Origin: Anaerolineales bacterium | GTDB lineage: Bacteria > Chloroflexota > Anaerolineae > Anaerolineales > DRMV01 | DNA length: 64,000 nucleotides | Assembly (NCBI GenBank): GCA_027023425.1 | Contig: JALVVL010000036.1 | Span: 21,027 to 85,026 of the forward strand | Reading direction: 5' to 3' | In this document: piece after piece, positions 1 to 7,846 of the stretch | Layout: each line of letters starts with the position of its first letter | How positions within the stretch are numbered: the first letter of the stretch is position 1 | Made by a program: the position numbers and the translations under genes | Notes under the pieces: generated by a model | The model's database searches: none | Seen by the model: only the letters and a program-made list of their open reading frames with translations | What the model was told of the DNA's origin: nothing

Positions 1-1
1 T

Positions 2-1003
2 TTGCTCATACTCGCCTTGCTGGCGCTGGCTGGCATTGGCCTCTTACAACAAGCCGAAAACCTTTACGGCTTGGTGCAGGACTTTTTGCTCAACACCCTG
101 CCCTCGTGGATTCAAAACCTTTCAACCCATGCCTATTCATTTGGGCCTTGGCAGGTTGACTTCCAAAAATATGACCTCACCTCCCTGAGCCAACAAATCT
201 TGAGCGCCGCGCAGCCACTGGTCGGCAGCCTCGGCTCGGTGATCAGCACGTTGGCCGCGAGCACGCTTAGCCTCCTCGGCTGGATGGCTTTCATCGTGCT
301 CACCTCGTACTTCTTGCTCGCCGAATCGGAACGGATCACCCTTGCCGAGGGTAAAACCACCTCCACCCTGTTTTCGGTGGACATCCTGCCCGAATACCGT
401 CACGATTTCCGATGCCTCGGGCAAGAACTTGGCCGGATTTGGAATGCTTTTATCCGCGGCCAACTCACCATTGCGCTGATAGAAGTGGGAGTAGTGTGGC
501 TATGGCTGACAATTTTCGGGGTGCGCAGCGCGCTGGTGCTCGCAATTATCGCCGGAATTGCCCGCTTTGTGCCCTATGTGGGGCCGGCCACGCTTTACAC
601 CATTGTGGCAATAGTTTCGCTTTTCCAAGGGAGCAACCCGTGGGGGTTCACACCGCTGAAAATGGCGCTGATAGCCGTGGGTGTGCTGTTCGTTTGGGAT
701 AACACAATGGACAGCCTGATAACGCCGCAGGTGCTTGGCGACGCGTTAGGTGTTCACCCCGCGGCGGTTTTGCTTACCGCCCTTATCGGCGCAAAACTGT
801 TTGGCGTGCTTGGGTTGCTCTTTGCCGCACCTACCGTCGCTTCTCTGCGCTTGTTTGGACACTACATAGCCCGTAAAATGTTAGACCAGGACCCTTGGGA
901 AGACTGGAATCCTGCGCCTCCCACAAAGTGGCTTCTGGGGGTACAATGGCTAAAAAGCGCGTGGAGCGCCGCGCGCTCGCTATTTTCCCGCAAGGAGCAG
1001 TGA
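2..1003 (+). CDS. AI-2E family transporter (PerM/UPF0118-like), 5' end cut by window edge
   Basis: Frame is open from the window edge. Multi-TM protein with family-typical stretches IIAGIARFVPYVGPATLYTIVAIV and LGVHPAAVLLTALIGAKLFGVLGLLFAAP. Confidence 0.8.
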   Translation: MLILALLALAGIGLLQQAENLYGLVQDFLLNTLPSWIQNLSTHAYSFGPWQVDFQKYDLTSLSQQILSAAQPLVGSLGSVISTLAASTLSLLGWMAFIVLTSYFLLAESERITLAEGKTTSTLFSVDILPEYRHDFRCLGQELGRIWNAFIRGQLTIALIEVGVVWLWLTIFGVRSALVLAIIAGIARFVPYVGPATLYTIVAIVSLFQGSNPWGFTPLKMALIAVGVLFVWDNTMDSLITPQVLGDALGVHPAAVLLTALIGAKLFGVLGLLFAAPTVASLRLFGHYIARKMLDQDPWEDWNPAPPTKWLLGVQWLKSAWSAARSLFSRKEQ

Positions 1004-1004
1004 A

Positions 1005-1178
1005 ATGGAGAAACCCGAACCCCGCACCGAAATCATCGCCGAAACTAAAAATTACATTGCGTGGAAAGCCGAAGAGCCCGATGGCGAAACCACTTTTCAC
1101 CTTGAACTCGGCGCCGTTACCCTTCACTTTTTCCAAGAAGAGTGGCAGGAATTCAAGGATCTTGTCAAGAAACTGTAA
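1005..1178 (+). CDS. small hypothetical protein (57 aa), below the ORF-track size cutoff
   Basis: ATG at 1005 follows the upstream stop as TGAAATG. Uninterrupted frame MEKPEPRTEIIAETKNYIAWKAEEPDGETTFHLELGAVTLHFFQEEWQEFKDLVKKL, stop TAA at 1176-1178. It fills an otherwise empty gap between two co-directional genes. Confidence 0.45.
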   Translation: MEKPEPRTEIIAETKNYIAWKAEEPDGETTFHLELGAVTLHFFQEEWQEFKDLVKKL

Positions 1179-1202
1179 TCCATAGCGGAAGGGGAAAAGC
1201 CC

Positions 1203-2048
1203 TTGCCCGACGGCGTTTTAAGTCAAAACCTTGAGCAATGTTTTTCGGGGATTGAGGCGCGCGCGGCCGTGGTGGTTGAGCGCGGCGGCCGCGTTGTGGC
1301 TTTCAGCGGCATGCTGGCGGAGAGCGCAAAAATTGCCTCCACTGTCCTTTCCCGCTGTTGCGAAAACGGCGGGCGGCTGATGGGCTTTTTGAAACTCGGA
1401 GATGAAGACGAAGTCATGCTCTGCGCCGCGCCGCTATCCGAAAACTTGGTGGTGGCACTGCTCTTGGAGCCGACCATTGCGTTTCAAAAAGCAAACGCAA
1501 GCCTGAAGCAAATCGCCGAGTGCCTGTTGCGGCTCGGCGGGCTGAAAAAAGGGCAAGCAGAGGAGCAAGCCGCTGCGTCGCCGCCGCTTGATTCCGCGGG
1601 CGACGAAGAGGAATACGAACTTCCGCCGGAAGCGTTCATGCCGCTTTTTGACGACGTGCCCCCGCCCGACCCGGACGCGGCAGAAGAAGCGCCGCCCGAG
1701 CCGCGCGCCAAAATCACCGCACCGCCCCTGCCGCCAAAACGCTGTTCGTGCGTGCTGGCGCCCCTTCCCCCGCATCGGCTTGAGGGCGAAACGGCAAAGC
1801 GGGTGCGGCAAGCCTTAGCCGCGCTTGCTCAAGAGCGCGGCTGGAAACTAAACTCGGTGCGAATAGCGCCCGAATACCTGCAATTTTCGCTCACCGCGCC
1901 GCCCGAAACCACAATTGGTGAAATTTTGCGTTCGGTTCGCGAGCAGACCACCGCCGCCCTCGGCGCAAAAGGCGCATTTTGGCGCCCATCCTACCTGCTT
2001 GGCGCAGTGGAGCGAATTGCCCCCGAGGCTTTGGAAGAGGCGACCTAA
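1203..2048 (+). CDS. hypothetical fusion protein: Roadblock/LC7-like N-terminal domain, acidic/Pro-rich linker, degenerate IS200/IS605 TnpA (Y1 HUH)-like C-terminal domain
   Basis: TTG start with GGAAGGGGA upstream. N-terminus ARAAVVVERGGRVVAFSGMLAES...LVVALLLEP resembles Roadblock/LC7. C-terminus CSCVLAPLPPHRLEGETAKRVRQALAALAQERGWKLNSVRIAPEYLQFSLTAPPETTIGEILRSV...FWRPSYLLGAVE follows the TnpA-IS200 fold pattern, but PEYLQF sits where PDHVHL is expected. Confidence 0.6.
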   Translation: MPDGVLSQNLEQCFSGIEARAAVVVERGGRVVAFSGMLAESAKIASTVLSRCCENGGRLMGFLKLGDEDEVMLCAAPLSENLVVALLLEPTIAFQKANASLKQIAECLLRLGGLKKGQAEEQAAASPPLDSAGDEEEYELPPEAFMPLFDDVPPPDPDAAEEAPPEPRAKITAPPLPPKRCSCVLAPLPPHRLEGETAKRVRQALAALAQERGWKLNSVRIAPEYLQFSLTAPPETTIGEILRSVREQTTAALGAKGAFWRPSYLLGAVERIAPEALEEAT

Positions 2049-2096
2049 CACGCCTGGGGAACACTAAGGATGTGTTGAAACAGGTGCTCACAAGTG

Positions 2097-2251
2097 TAGG
2101 ACTTACGCAGTTGCTCGTAGAAGCGTTCGTTTTCATGTCATGGCGAGCCGCCGTAGGCGGCGAAGCCATCCCCCAGACGATGGGGGAGACCGCTTCGGCG
2201 GTCTACGACCGCCTCGCGGCGACATGAAGGAGGAGAACTGCGTAACTCCTA
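2097..2251 (+). mobile_element. Family A MITE-like element, copy A1
   Basis: Termini T-AGGACTTACGCAGTT ... AACTGCGTAACTCCT-A. Flanked by 5-bp direct repeat AAGTG (2092-2096 and 2252-2256). Internal nested hairpins. Confidence 0.8.
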
Positions 2252-2263
2252 AAGTGTTATCCA

Positions 2264-2367
2264 GCCCTCACCCCACTTTTGCTCGCTGCGCTCGCCGTTT
2301 CTCCCCTCTCCTACTGGGAGTGGGAGAGGAGAGAAAGCCGCCATTAGGCGGCTTGAGGGGTGAGGGC
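2264..2367. repeat. Family C long palindromic element (CCCTCACC ... GGTGAGGG), solo copy C1
   Basis: Outer arms GCCCTCACC/GGTGAGGGC and inner arms CTCCCCTCTCC/GGAGAGGAGAG. Confidence 0.7.
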
Positions 2368-2491
2368 GAAGCAAGGCGTTTCTCAACAACTTTTTAGTGC
2401 TCCCCATGACTGGACGACAAACTTTACCGTGCTCCCCGTGTAAAAAAATGAGTGTTTGTCAGTCTCCCCTTACTACATCGTTGGAGGAACG

Positions 2492-5305
2492 ATGCCCCCA
2501 ACCATTTACCTTTTAGACGGCCACGCGCTTGCATACCGCGCCTACTTCGCTTTGACCGCGGGCGGCACCGGCGGCGACCGCTGGCGCACATCCTCCGGCG
2601 AGCCTACCGCCGCCGTGTATGGCTTCACTTCCATCCTGCTCCGCATTTTGGAGCAAGAGCGCCCCGATTTCCTCGCCGTGGCGTTTGACACGGGGCGCAC
2701 TTTCCGCGACGAAATTTACCCCGAATACAAAGCCACCCGCGCTAAAATGCCCGATGACCTCGTGCCCCAAATGGAGCGCATACGCCAGATTGTGGACGCG
2801 TTCGGCTTCCCGCGGCTGGAGGTGGAAGGCTATGAAGCCGACGACGTGCTCGGCAGCGCCGCCCGCCGTTCCGCCACCGAGCAGGGGATGGGCGTCAAAA
2901 TCATCACCGGCGACCGCGATCTGCTCCAACTGGTGGATAACCGCATCATCGTTTCCCTGCCCAAACGCCAACTTTCCGAAAGCGAAGACTACACGCCCGA
3001 AAAGGTGCTCGCCGTTTTCGGCGTGCGCCCCGACCAAATTGTGGATTTCAAGGCGTTAGTGGGCGACAAATCCGACAACATCCCCGGCGTGCGCGGCATC
3101 GGCGAGAAAACCGCCGTCAAACTGCTCCAAAAGTACGGCGATTTGGACAACATTTACGCCCACTTGGACGAACTTTCGCCCAGCATCCGCAAAAAACTGG
3201 AAGCGGGCAGAGAGGCGGCATACCTAAGCCGCCGTTTGGCGAAAATCAAAACCGATTTGCCCGTGAGCGTGGATTTGGAGGCGGCGCGCCCCAACCCCGA
3301 AAACACCGAGAAAGTGGAAGAACTTTTCCGCGTGCTGGAATTTCGCAGCCTTTTGCGTCGCCTGCGGCAGTGGCAAAGCGCCCTTTCGGGCGAAGAAGAA
3401 CCGGCGCAACTTTCGCTTTTCGGCGACGCCGTAGCCCAATCCACACAAACCGCCCACACGCCCGATTTGGGCTTCCGCACCGTGGTGGTGGACACCCCTG
3501 CCGCGCTGGACGACCTGCTGAAGCGCATCCAAAACGCCAAAACCCTCGCTGTTGATACTGAAACCACCGACACCGACAAGATGCGCGCGCGGCTGGTCGG
3601 CATTTCGCTGGCGGTTGATGAGAAAACCGGCTACTACATTCCCATTGCCCATCGGCAAGCCGCGCGCCAACTGCCGTGGGAGCAGGTGCGCGCCGCCCTC
3701 GCCAAGCCGATGGCCGACCCCAAAATCGCCAAAATCGGGCACAACATCAAATACGACCTTGTGGTGCTCGCCCGCCACGGCTTGCCAATGAGCCAGCCGG
3801 CGTTTGACACCATGATTGCCGAATGGCTGCGCGACCCGGCCTCGCACAATTTGGGGCTGAAAAACCTCGTTTGGGTGCGCTTGGGGCTGGAAATGACCGC
3901 CATCACCGACTTGATAGGGCGCGGCAAAAAACAAATCGGCATGGACGAAGTGCCGGTTGAGCAGGTTGCGCCGTATGCCGCGGCGGACGCGGTGATGGTG
4001 CTTCGCCTGCGCCCGCTGCTGGAAGCCGACCTGCGCGAGCGCAACGCGTGGCGGCTTTTCCAAGAGGTGGAAATGCCGTTAGTGCCGGTGCTGGCGCGCA
4101 TGGAAATGAACGGCATCGCGGTAGACGTAGCCTTCCTGCACCGCATGTCCGCCGAACTTGCCGAGCAACTGCACGCGCTTGAAGAGCAAATTTTCGCCCT
4201 TGTGGGGCGCAAATTCAACCTCAACTCTACCGCTCAACTTTCCAAAGTGCTGTTTGAAACTTTGGGGCTGAAGCCGCCCGATGGCACGCGCCGCACCAAG
4301 TCGGGGCACTATTCCACCTCGGCTTCGGTTTTGGAGGCAATGCGCGGCCAGCATCCAGTTGTGGATTTGGTGCTGGAGCACCGCGAACTTTCCAAAATCA
4401 AATCCACCTATGTTGACGCCCTGCCCCAGCAGGTCAACCCCGAGACCGGCCGCGTCCACACCTCCTTCAACCAAACGGGCACGGTGACGGGGCGGCTTGC
4501 TTCATCCGACCCGAACCTGCAAAACATTCCGGTGCGCAGCGAAGTGGGGAAGAAAGTGCGGCGCGCCTTCATCGCCCCCAAAGGCAAACTTTTGCTTTCG
4601 GTTGACTACTCGCAGGTGGAACTGCGCATTGTGGCGCACATGGCGCGCGACAAAGCAATGATTGAAGCCTTCAAGGAAGGGCAAGACATCCACGCCGTCA
4701 CCGCCGCCAAAATTTACAAAGTGCCGTTGGAAAAAGTGACGCCGCAAATGCGCCGCCATGCGAAGGCCATCAACTTTGGTTTGCTTTATGGCATGAGCCC
4801 CTTTGGGCTAACGCGCACTACCGACCTCACGCTCGCCGAGGCCGAAAATTTTGTTGAGGAATACTTCCGCAACTTCCCCGGCGTGAAAAAGTTTTTGGAA
4901 GAGATCAAGCGCAAAGCCGCCGAGCAAGGGTATGTGGAAACGCTTTTGGGGCGGCGGCGGTATTTCCCCGAACTCCAAAAGCCGGCAAACCGCAACGCCC
5001 GCCTGCGCGCCGAGCGCGAAGCGGTGAATGCTCCGGTGCAGGGCACTGCCGCCGACATTATGAAACTGGCAATGATAGCGGTGGACAAGCGGCTCGCGGA
5101 GGAAGGCTCGGACGCGAAGATGCTCTTGCAGGTGCACGATGAACTGATGCTGGAAGTGCCGGAGGAAGAGTTGGCGGAAACGGCGCGTTTGGTGCAAGAC
5201 ACAATGGAAAATGTGTATCCGCTCGTAGTGCCGCTCAAAACCGAAGCCAAAGCCGGCCCAAACTGGGGGGAATTGAAGCCGCTCGCGGTCAAAGATGAAT
5301 CGTAA
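2492..5305 (+). CDS. polA: DNA polymerase I
   Basis: GGAGGA RBS at 2483-2488 and ATG at 2492. The 5'-nuclease N-terminus is LLDGHALAYRAYFAL. 3'-5' exonuclease region is LAVDTETT. Polymerase motifs are DYSQVELRI, KAINFGLLYG and QVHDEL. Confidence 0.95.
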   Translation: MPPTIYLLDGHALAYRAYFALTAGGTGGDRWRTSSGEPTAAVYGFTSILLRILEQERPDFLAVAFDTGRTFRDEIYPEYKATRAKMPDDLVPQMERIRQIVDAFGFPRLEVEGYEADDVLGSAARRSATEQGMGVKIITGDRDLLQLVDNRIIVSLPKRQLSESEDYTPEKVLAVFGVRPDQIVDFKALVGDKSDNIPGVRGIGEKTAVKLLQKYGDLDNIYAHLDELSPSIRKKLEAGREAAYLSRRLAKIKTDLPVSVDLEAARPNPENTEKVEELFRVLEFRSLLRRLRQWQSALSGEEEPAQLSLFGDAVAQSTQTAHTPDLGFRTVVVDTPAALDDLLKRIQNAKTLAVDTETTDTDKMRARLVGISLAVDEKTGYYIPIAHRQAARQLPWEQVRAALAKPMADPKIAKIGHNIKYDLVVLARHGLPMSQPAFDTMIAEWLRDPASHNLGLKNLVWVRLGLEMTAITDLIGRGKKQIGMDEVPVEQVAPYAAADAVMVLRLRPLLEADLRERNAWRLFQEVEMPLVPVLARMEMNGIAVDVAFLHRMSAELAEQLHALEEQIFALVGRKFNLNSTAQLSKVLFETLGLKPPDGTRRTKSGHYSTSASVLEAMRGQHPVVDLVLEHRELSKIKSTYVDALPQQVNPETGRVHTSFNQTGTVTGRLASSDPNLQNIPVRSEVGKKVRRAFIAPKGKLLLSVDYSQVELRIVAHMARDKAMIEAFKEGQDIHAVTAAKIYKVPLEKVTPQMRRHAKAINFGLLYGMSPFGLTRTTDLTLAEAENFVEEYFRNFPGVKKFLEEIKRKAAEQGYVETLLGRRRYFPELQKPANRNARLRAEREAVNAPVQGTAADIMKLAMIAVDKRLAEEGSDAKMLLQVHDELMLEVPEEELAETARLVQDTMENVYPLVVPLKTEAKAGPNWGELKPLAVKDES

Positions 5306-6686
5306 CCCCAAAATTCCATCGCCGGGGCTTGTTTTTATCGCTGTGGGGCTGTTGTTGGCGGCGCTTTTAGCGCCCGCGAAGGCGGCCAACGCCGCGTCGC
5401 CGCTTCCGCGCCCGCCGCGCTGGCCCCGCGGCGTGCTCACCCCATCCCAACAGCAGCGGCTTCTCGCCGCCGCGCTCGCCTACGTGGGCAACACCCCCGC
5501 CGAGGCGCTAAAAGCCGCCCGCCGCCTCCACTACCTCAACGGCAACGAGCACCCCTCGCAGGAATGCGGCCCGCTCGCAATCGCCATTTTGCGCGACGCC
5601 GGTTTGATTGACCCCTACGTCGTGCTCCACAACTTCTGGCTGATTGACCCGCGCAGCCGCCTTGACCGGCGGCAGTTTGAAAGCGTTTTTCCACACCGGC
5701 GCTACTTTTGGTTTCACACCGACACTCCTTTGAACAAGTTTGACTTCCGCCGCTATCCGCTTTACGCTGGCGATGTGCTTTACCTTTACGCCGGACGAAG
5801 CGGCACTTTTGAGCACGTGTTGCTCGTTACCGATGTTGACGCCGCGGGACGGGCTTACGCTGTCACCAATTTCAACACGCCCGCGGGAGCAGTTGTGCGC
5901 TATGTTTTGCTTTACGACCCCAACGACCCCACCGCGGGCATGTTTGCTTATTGGACAGACCGCCGCAATTTGATGATCGGCTTGACGGGCTACGGTGGAT
6001 TTGACCTGTGGCGACCGCTGCGCGTGCTCAACTTGCCCCACACGCCGCAGGCGCGCGAACTGGCGCGGGAAATTGACGGCATTGTGGGCGCCGCGGGCGG
6101 GCATTGGAGCGTGCTCTTTTGGGAGGACGGCGCGCCGATTTACTACCGCCGCGCCGAAGAGCCGATTGGCGCGCCGCCCCTGCTTGCCCTGCCCGAAGCC
6201 GCGGCAATCGCCCGCCTTCCGCAGGCGGCGCGCGCGCCGCTCACGCCCCTGCTCGCGCGGGCGCTGAACGGCGACCGTTCCGCCGAAATTGCGTTGGCGC
6301 ACCGCCTTGCCGCCGTCCCTCAAGCAAAGGATGCCCTGCGCGAAGCCGGATTGAGCCAGACCGACTTTGCCGCCCTCGCTTCTTCGGCATGGGATGAAGC
6401 CGCGGCGCTTTCTGCCCTGCCGCCCGACCTCGCGCCGAGCCGTTTGGTGGATGAGGGCTTTCCGCGGTTGGGCATTGCCGCGCACTGGCGGCAAGGCCGC
6501 CATTCCTACGTGCTAATCGCCTTCACCTCACCCGCGCAATACGGCGAAAAGAGGCCGCTCGGCGCAAAGCCGTTGCGCTCCGCCGCCGAGCAAATCCTTC
6601 GGGCTGTGATAAACTACTCAAAACGACAACCCCCGCAACGGCAACTGCCGCGTTTTCTGCACCGGCAATTGCCGCTGTGGAAATGA
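5295..6686 (+). CDS. hypothetical secreted/membrane-anchored protein, possible papain-like (NlpC/P60-type) Cys-His domain
   Basis: The start overlaps the polA stop by 11 nt. N-terminal hydrophobic segment LVFIAVGLLLAALLAPAKA. Candidate catalytic pair QECGPLA ... GTFEHVLLV. The function is uncertain. Confidence 0.6.
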   Translation: MNRNPKIPSPGLVFIAVGLLLAALLAPAKAANAASPLPRPPRWPRGVLTPSQQQRLLAAALAYVGNTPAEALKAARRLHYLNGNEHPSQECGPLAIAILRDAGLIDPYVVLHNFWLIDPRSRLDRRQFESVFPHRRYFWFHTDTPLNKFDFRRYPLYAGDVLYLYAGRSGTFEHVLLVTDVDAAGRAYAVTNFNTPAGAVVRYVLLYDPNDPTAGMFAYWTDRRNLMIGLTGYGGFDLWRPLRVLNLPHTPQARELAREIDGIVGAAGGHWSVLFWEDGAPIYYRRAEEPIGAPPLLALPEAAAIARLPQAARAPLTPLLARALNGDRSAEIALAHRLAAVPQAKDALREAGLSQTDFAALASSAWDEAAALSALPPDLAPSRLVDEGFPRLGIAAHWRQGRHSYVLIAFTSPAQYGEKRPLGAKPLRSAAEQILRAVINYSKRQPPQRQLPRFLHRQLPLWK

Positions 6687-6696
6687 GAGGCAAAAG

Positions 6697-7578
6697 ATGG
6701 CACGTGAAATCAAAATTGGAGACCGTATGGTCGGCGACGGACACCCAACCTACATCGTCGCCGAAATCGGCATCAACCACAACGGCAGCGTGGACATTGC
6801 CAAATTGCTCATTGACGCCGCGGTCAAAGCCGGCGTGGATGCCGTCAAATTCCAAAAGCGCACCCCCGAAATCGCCACCCCACGCGACCAATGGGACAAA
6901 ATGCGCGAAACCCCGTGGGGTTACATCCGCTACATTGACTACCGCCACAAGGTTGAGTTTGGCGAGGAGGAGTACCGCGAAATTGACCGTTATTGCCGCG
7001 AAAAGGGCATCACTTGGTTTGCCTCGGTGTGGGATTTGCCTTCGGTGGATTTCATGGAGCAGTTTGAGCCGGTGGCATACAAAATCCCCTCCGCGGCGCT
7101 GACCGACCACGAACTCCTCCGCTATGTCCGCTCCACCGGCAGACCGGTCATCCTTTCAACCGGCATGTCCACGATGGAGCAGATTCGCGCTTCGGTGGAT
7201 GTGCTGGGCACGGAGGATTTGGTCATCATGCACGCCACCAGCACTTACCCCTGCGAGCCCGACGAGTTGAACCTGCGGATGATTGAAACCCTGCGGAAGG
7301 AATTTCCCGATGTGCCGATTGGCTATTCAGGGCACGAGGTGGGGCTGGTGACGACGGCGGTCGCAGTGGCGCTGGGTGCGTGCATGGTTGAACGGCACAT
7401 TACGCTTGACCGCGCCATGTGGGGAAGCGATCAAGCGGCGTCGGTTGAGCCCGGCGGTTTGCAAAAGTTGGTGAAATACATCCGCGTCACCGAGCGCGCC
7501 TTAGGCGACGGCGTGAAGCGGGTGTATGACTCGGAAATCCCCGCGCTGCGCAAACTGCGCCGCGTTGGGTTGCAGTAA
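6697..7578 (+). CDS. NeuB-family N-acylneuraminate/nonulosonate synthase-like protein (NeuB domain only)
   Basis: IAEIGINHNGSVDIAKLLIDAAVKAGVDAVKFQKR and HATSTYPC are typical of the NeuB/SpsE family. At 293 aa it appears too short to carry the usual C-terminal SAF domain. Confidence 0.85.
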   Translation: MAREIKIGDRMVGDGHPTYIVAEIGINHNGSVDIAKLLIDAAVKAGVDAVKFQKRTPEIATPRDQWDKMRETPWGYIRYIDYRHKVEFGEEEYREIDRYCREKGITWFASVWDLPSVDFMEQFEPVAYKIPSAALTDHELLRYVRSTGRPVILSTGMSTMEQIRASVDVLGTEDLVIMHATSTYPCEPDELNLRMIETLRKEFPDVPIGYSGHEVGLVTTAVAVALGACMVERHITLDRAMWGSDQAASVEPGGLQKLVKYIRVTERALGDGVKRVYDSEIPALRKLRRVGLQ

Positions 7579-7586
7579 AAAAGGTG

Positions 7587-7809
7587 AACCGCAGATTGCG
7601 CAGAAAAAAGATCCACAGATTGGCACAGATTTACACCGATTGAGTTTGGGATAAACCGCAGATTACACAGATTTCACAGAAAAATCTGTGCAAATCTGTG
7701 TAATCTCTGTGGTTCTTATCCACCGATTACACAGATTTGCACGATTGGAAACCGCAGATTTCACAGATTCTGCAGAAAAAATCTGCGCTAATCTGCGAAA
7801 TCTGTGGTT
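7587..7809. repeat. Family E (CACAGATT/AATCTGTG-rich) degenerate repeat cluster E1
   Basis: Multiple imperfect palindromes such as CCGCAGATTACACAGATTTCACAGAAAAATCTGTGCAAATCTGTGTAATCTCTGTGG. Confidence 0.7.
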
Positions 7810-7846
7810 ATTTTGCTCTCTTTAGCGCCAATCAAGGTTTCTCACC

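Noticed and set aside
1203-2048. Active IS200/IS605 transposase that could mobilise the REP/MITE families in this window
   Set aside because: The HUH histidines and the catalytic tyrosine positions appear substituted. The gene is not flanked by IS ends or hairpin pairs. I therefore treat it as a domesticated or degenerate domain, and no autonomous transposase is present in the window.
2140-2397. Recurrent small ORFs such as [30 protein letters not shown] / [14 protein letters not shown] (2140-2397, 1891-2169, 18405-18620, 36511-36762, 36340-36540, 41305-41535)
   Set aside because: Each is a read-through of a Family A (plus C or F) repeat copy. The similarity between them comes from DNA repeat identity, not from a protein family.
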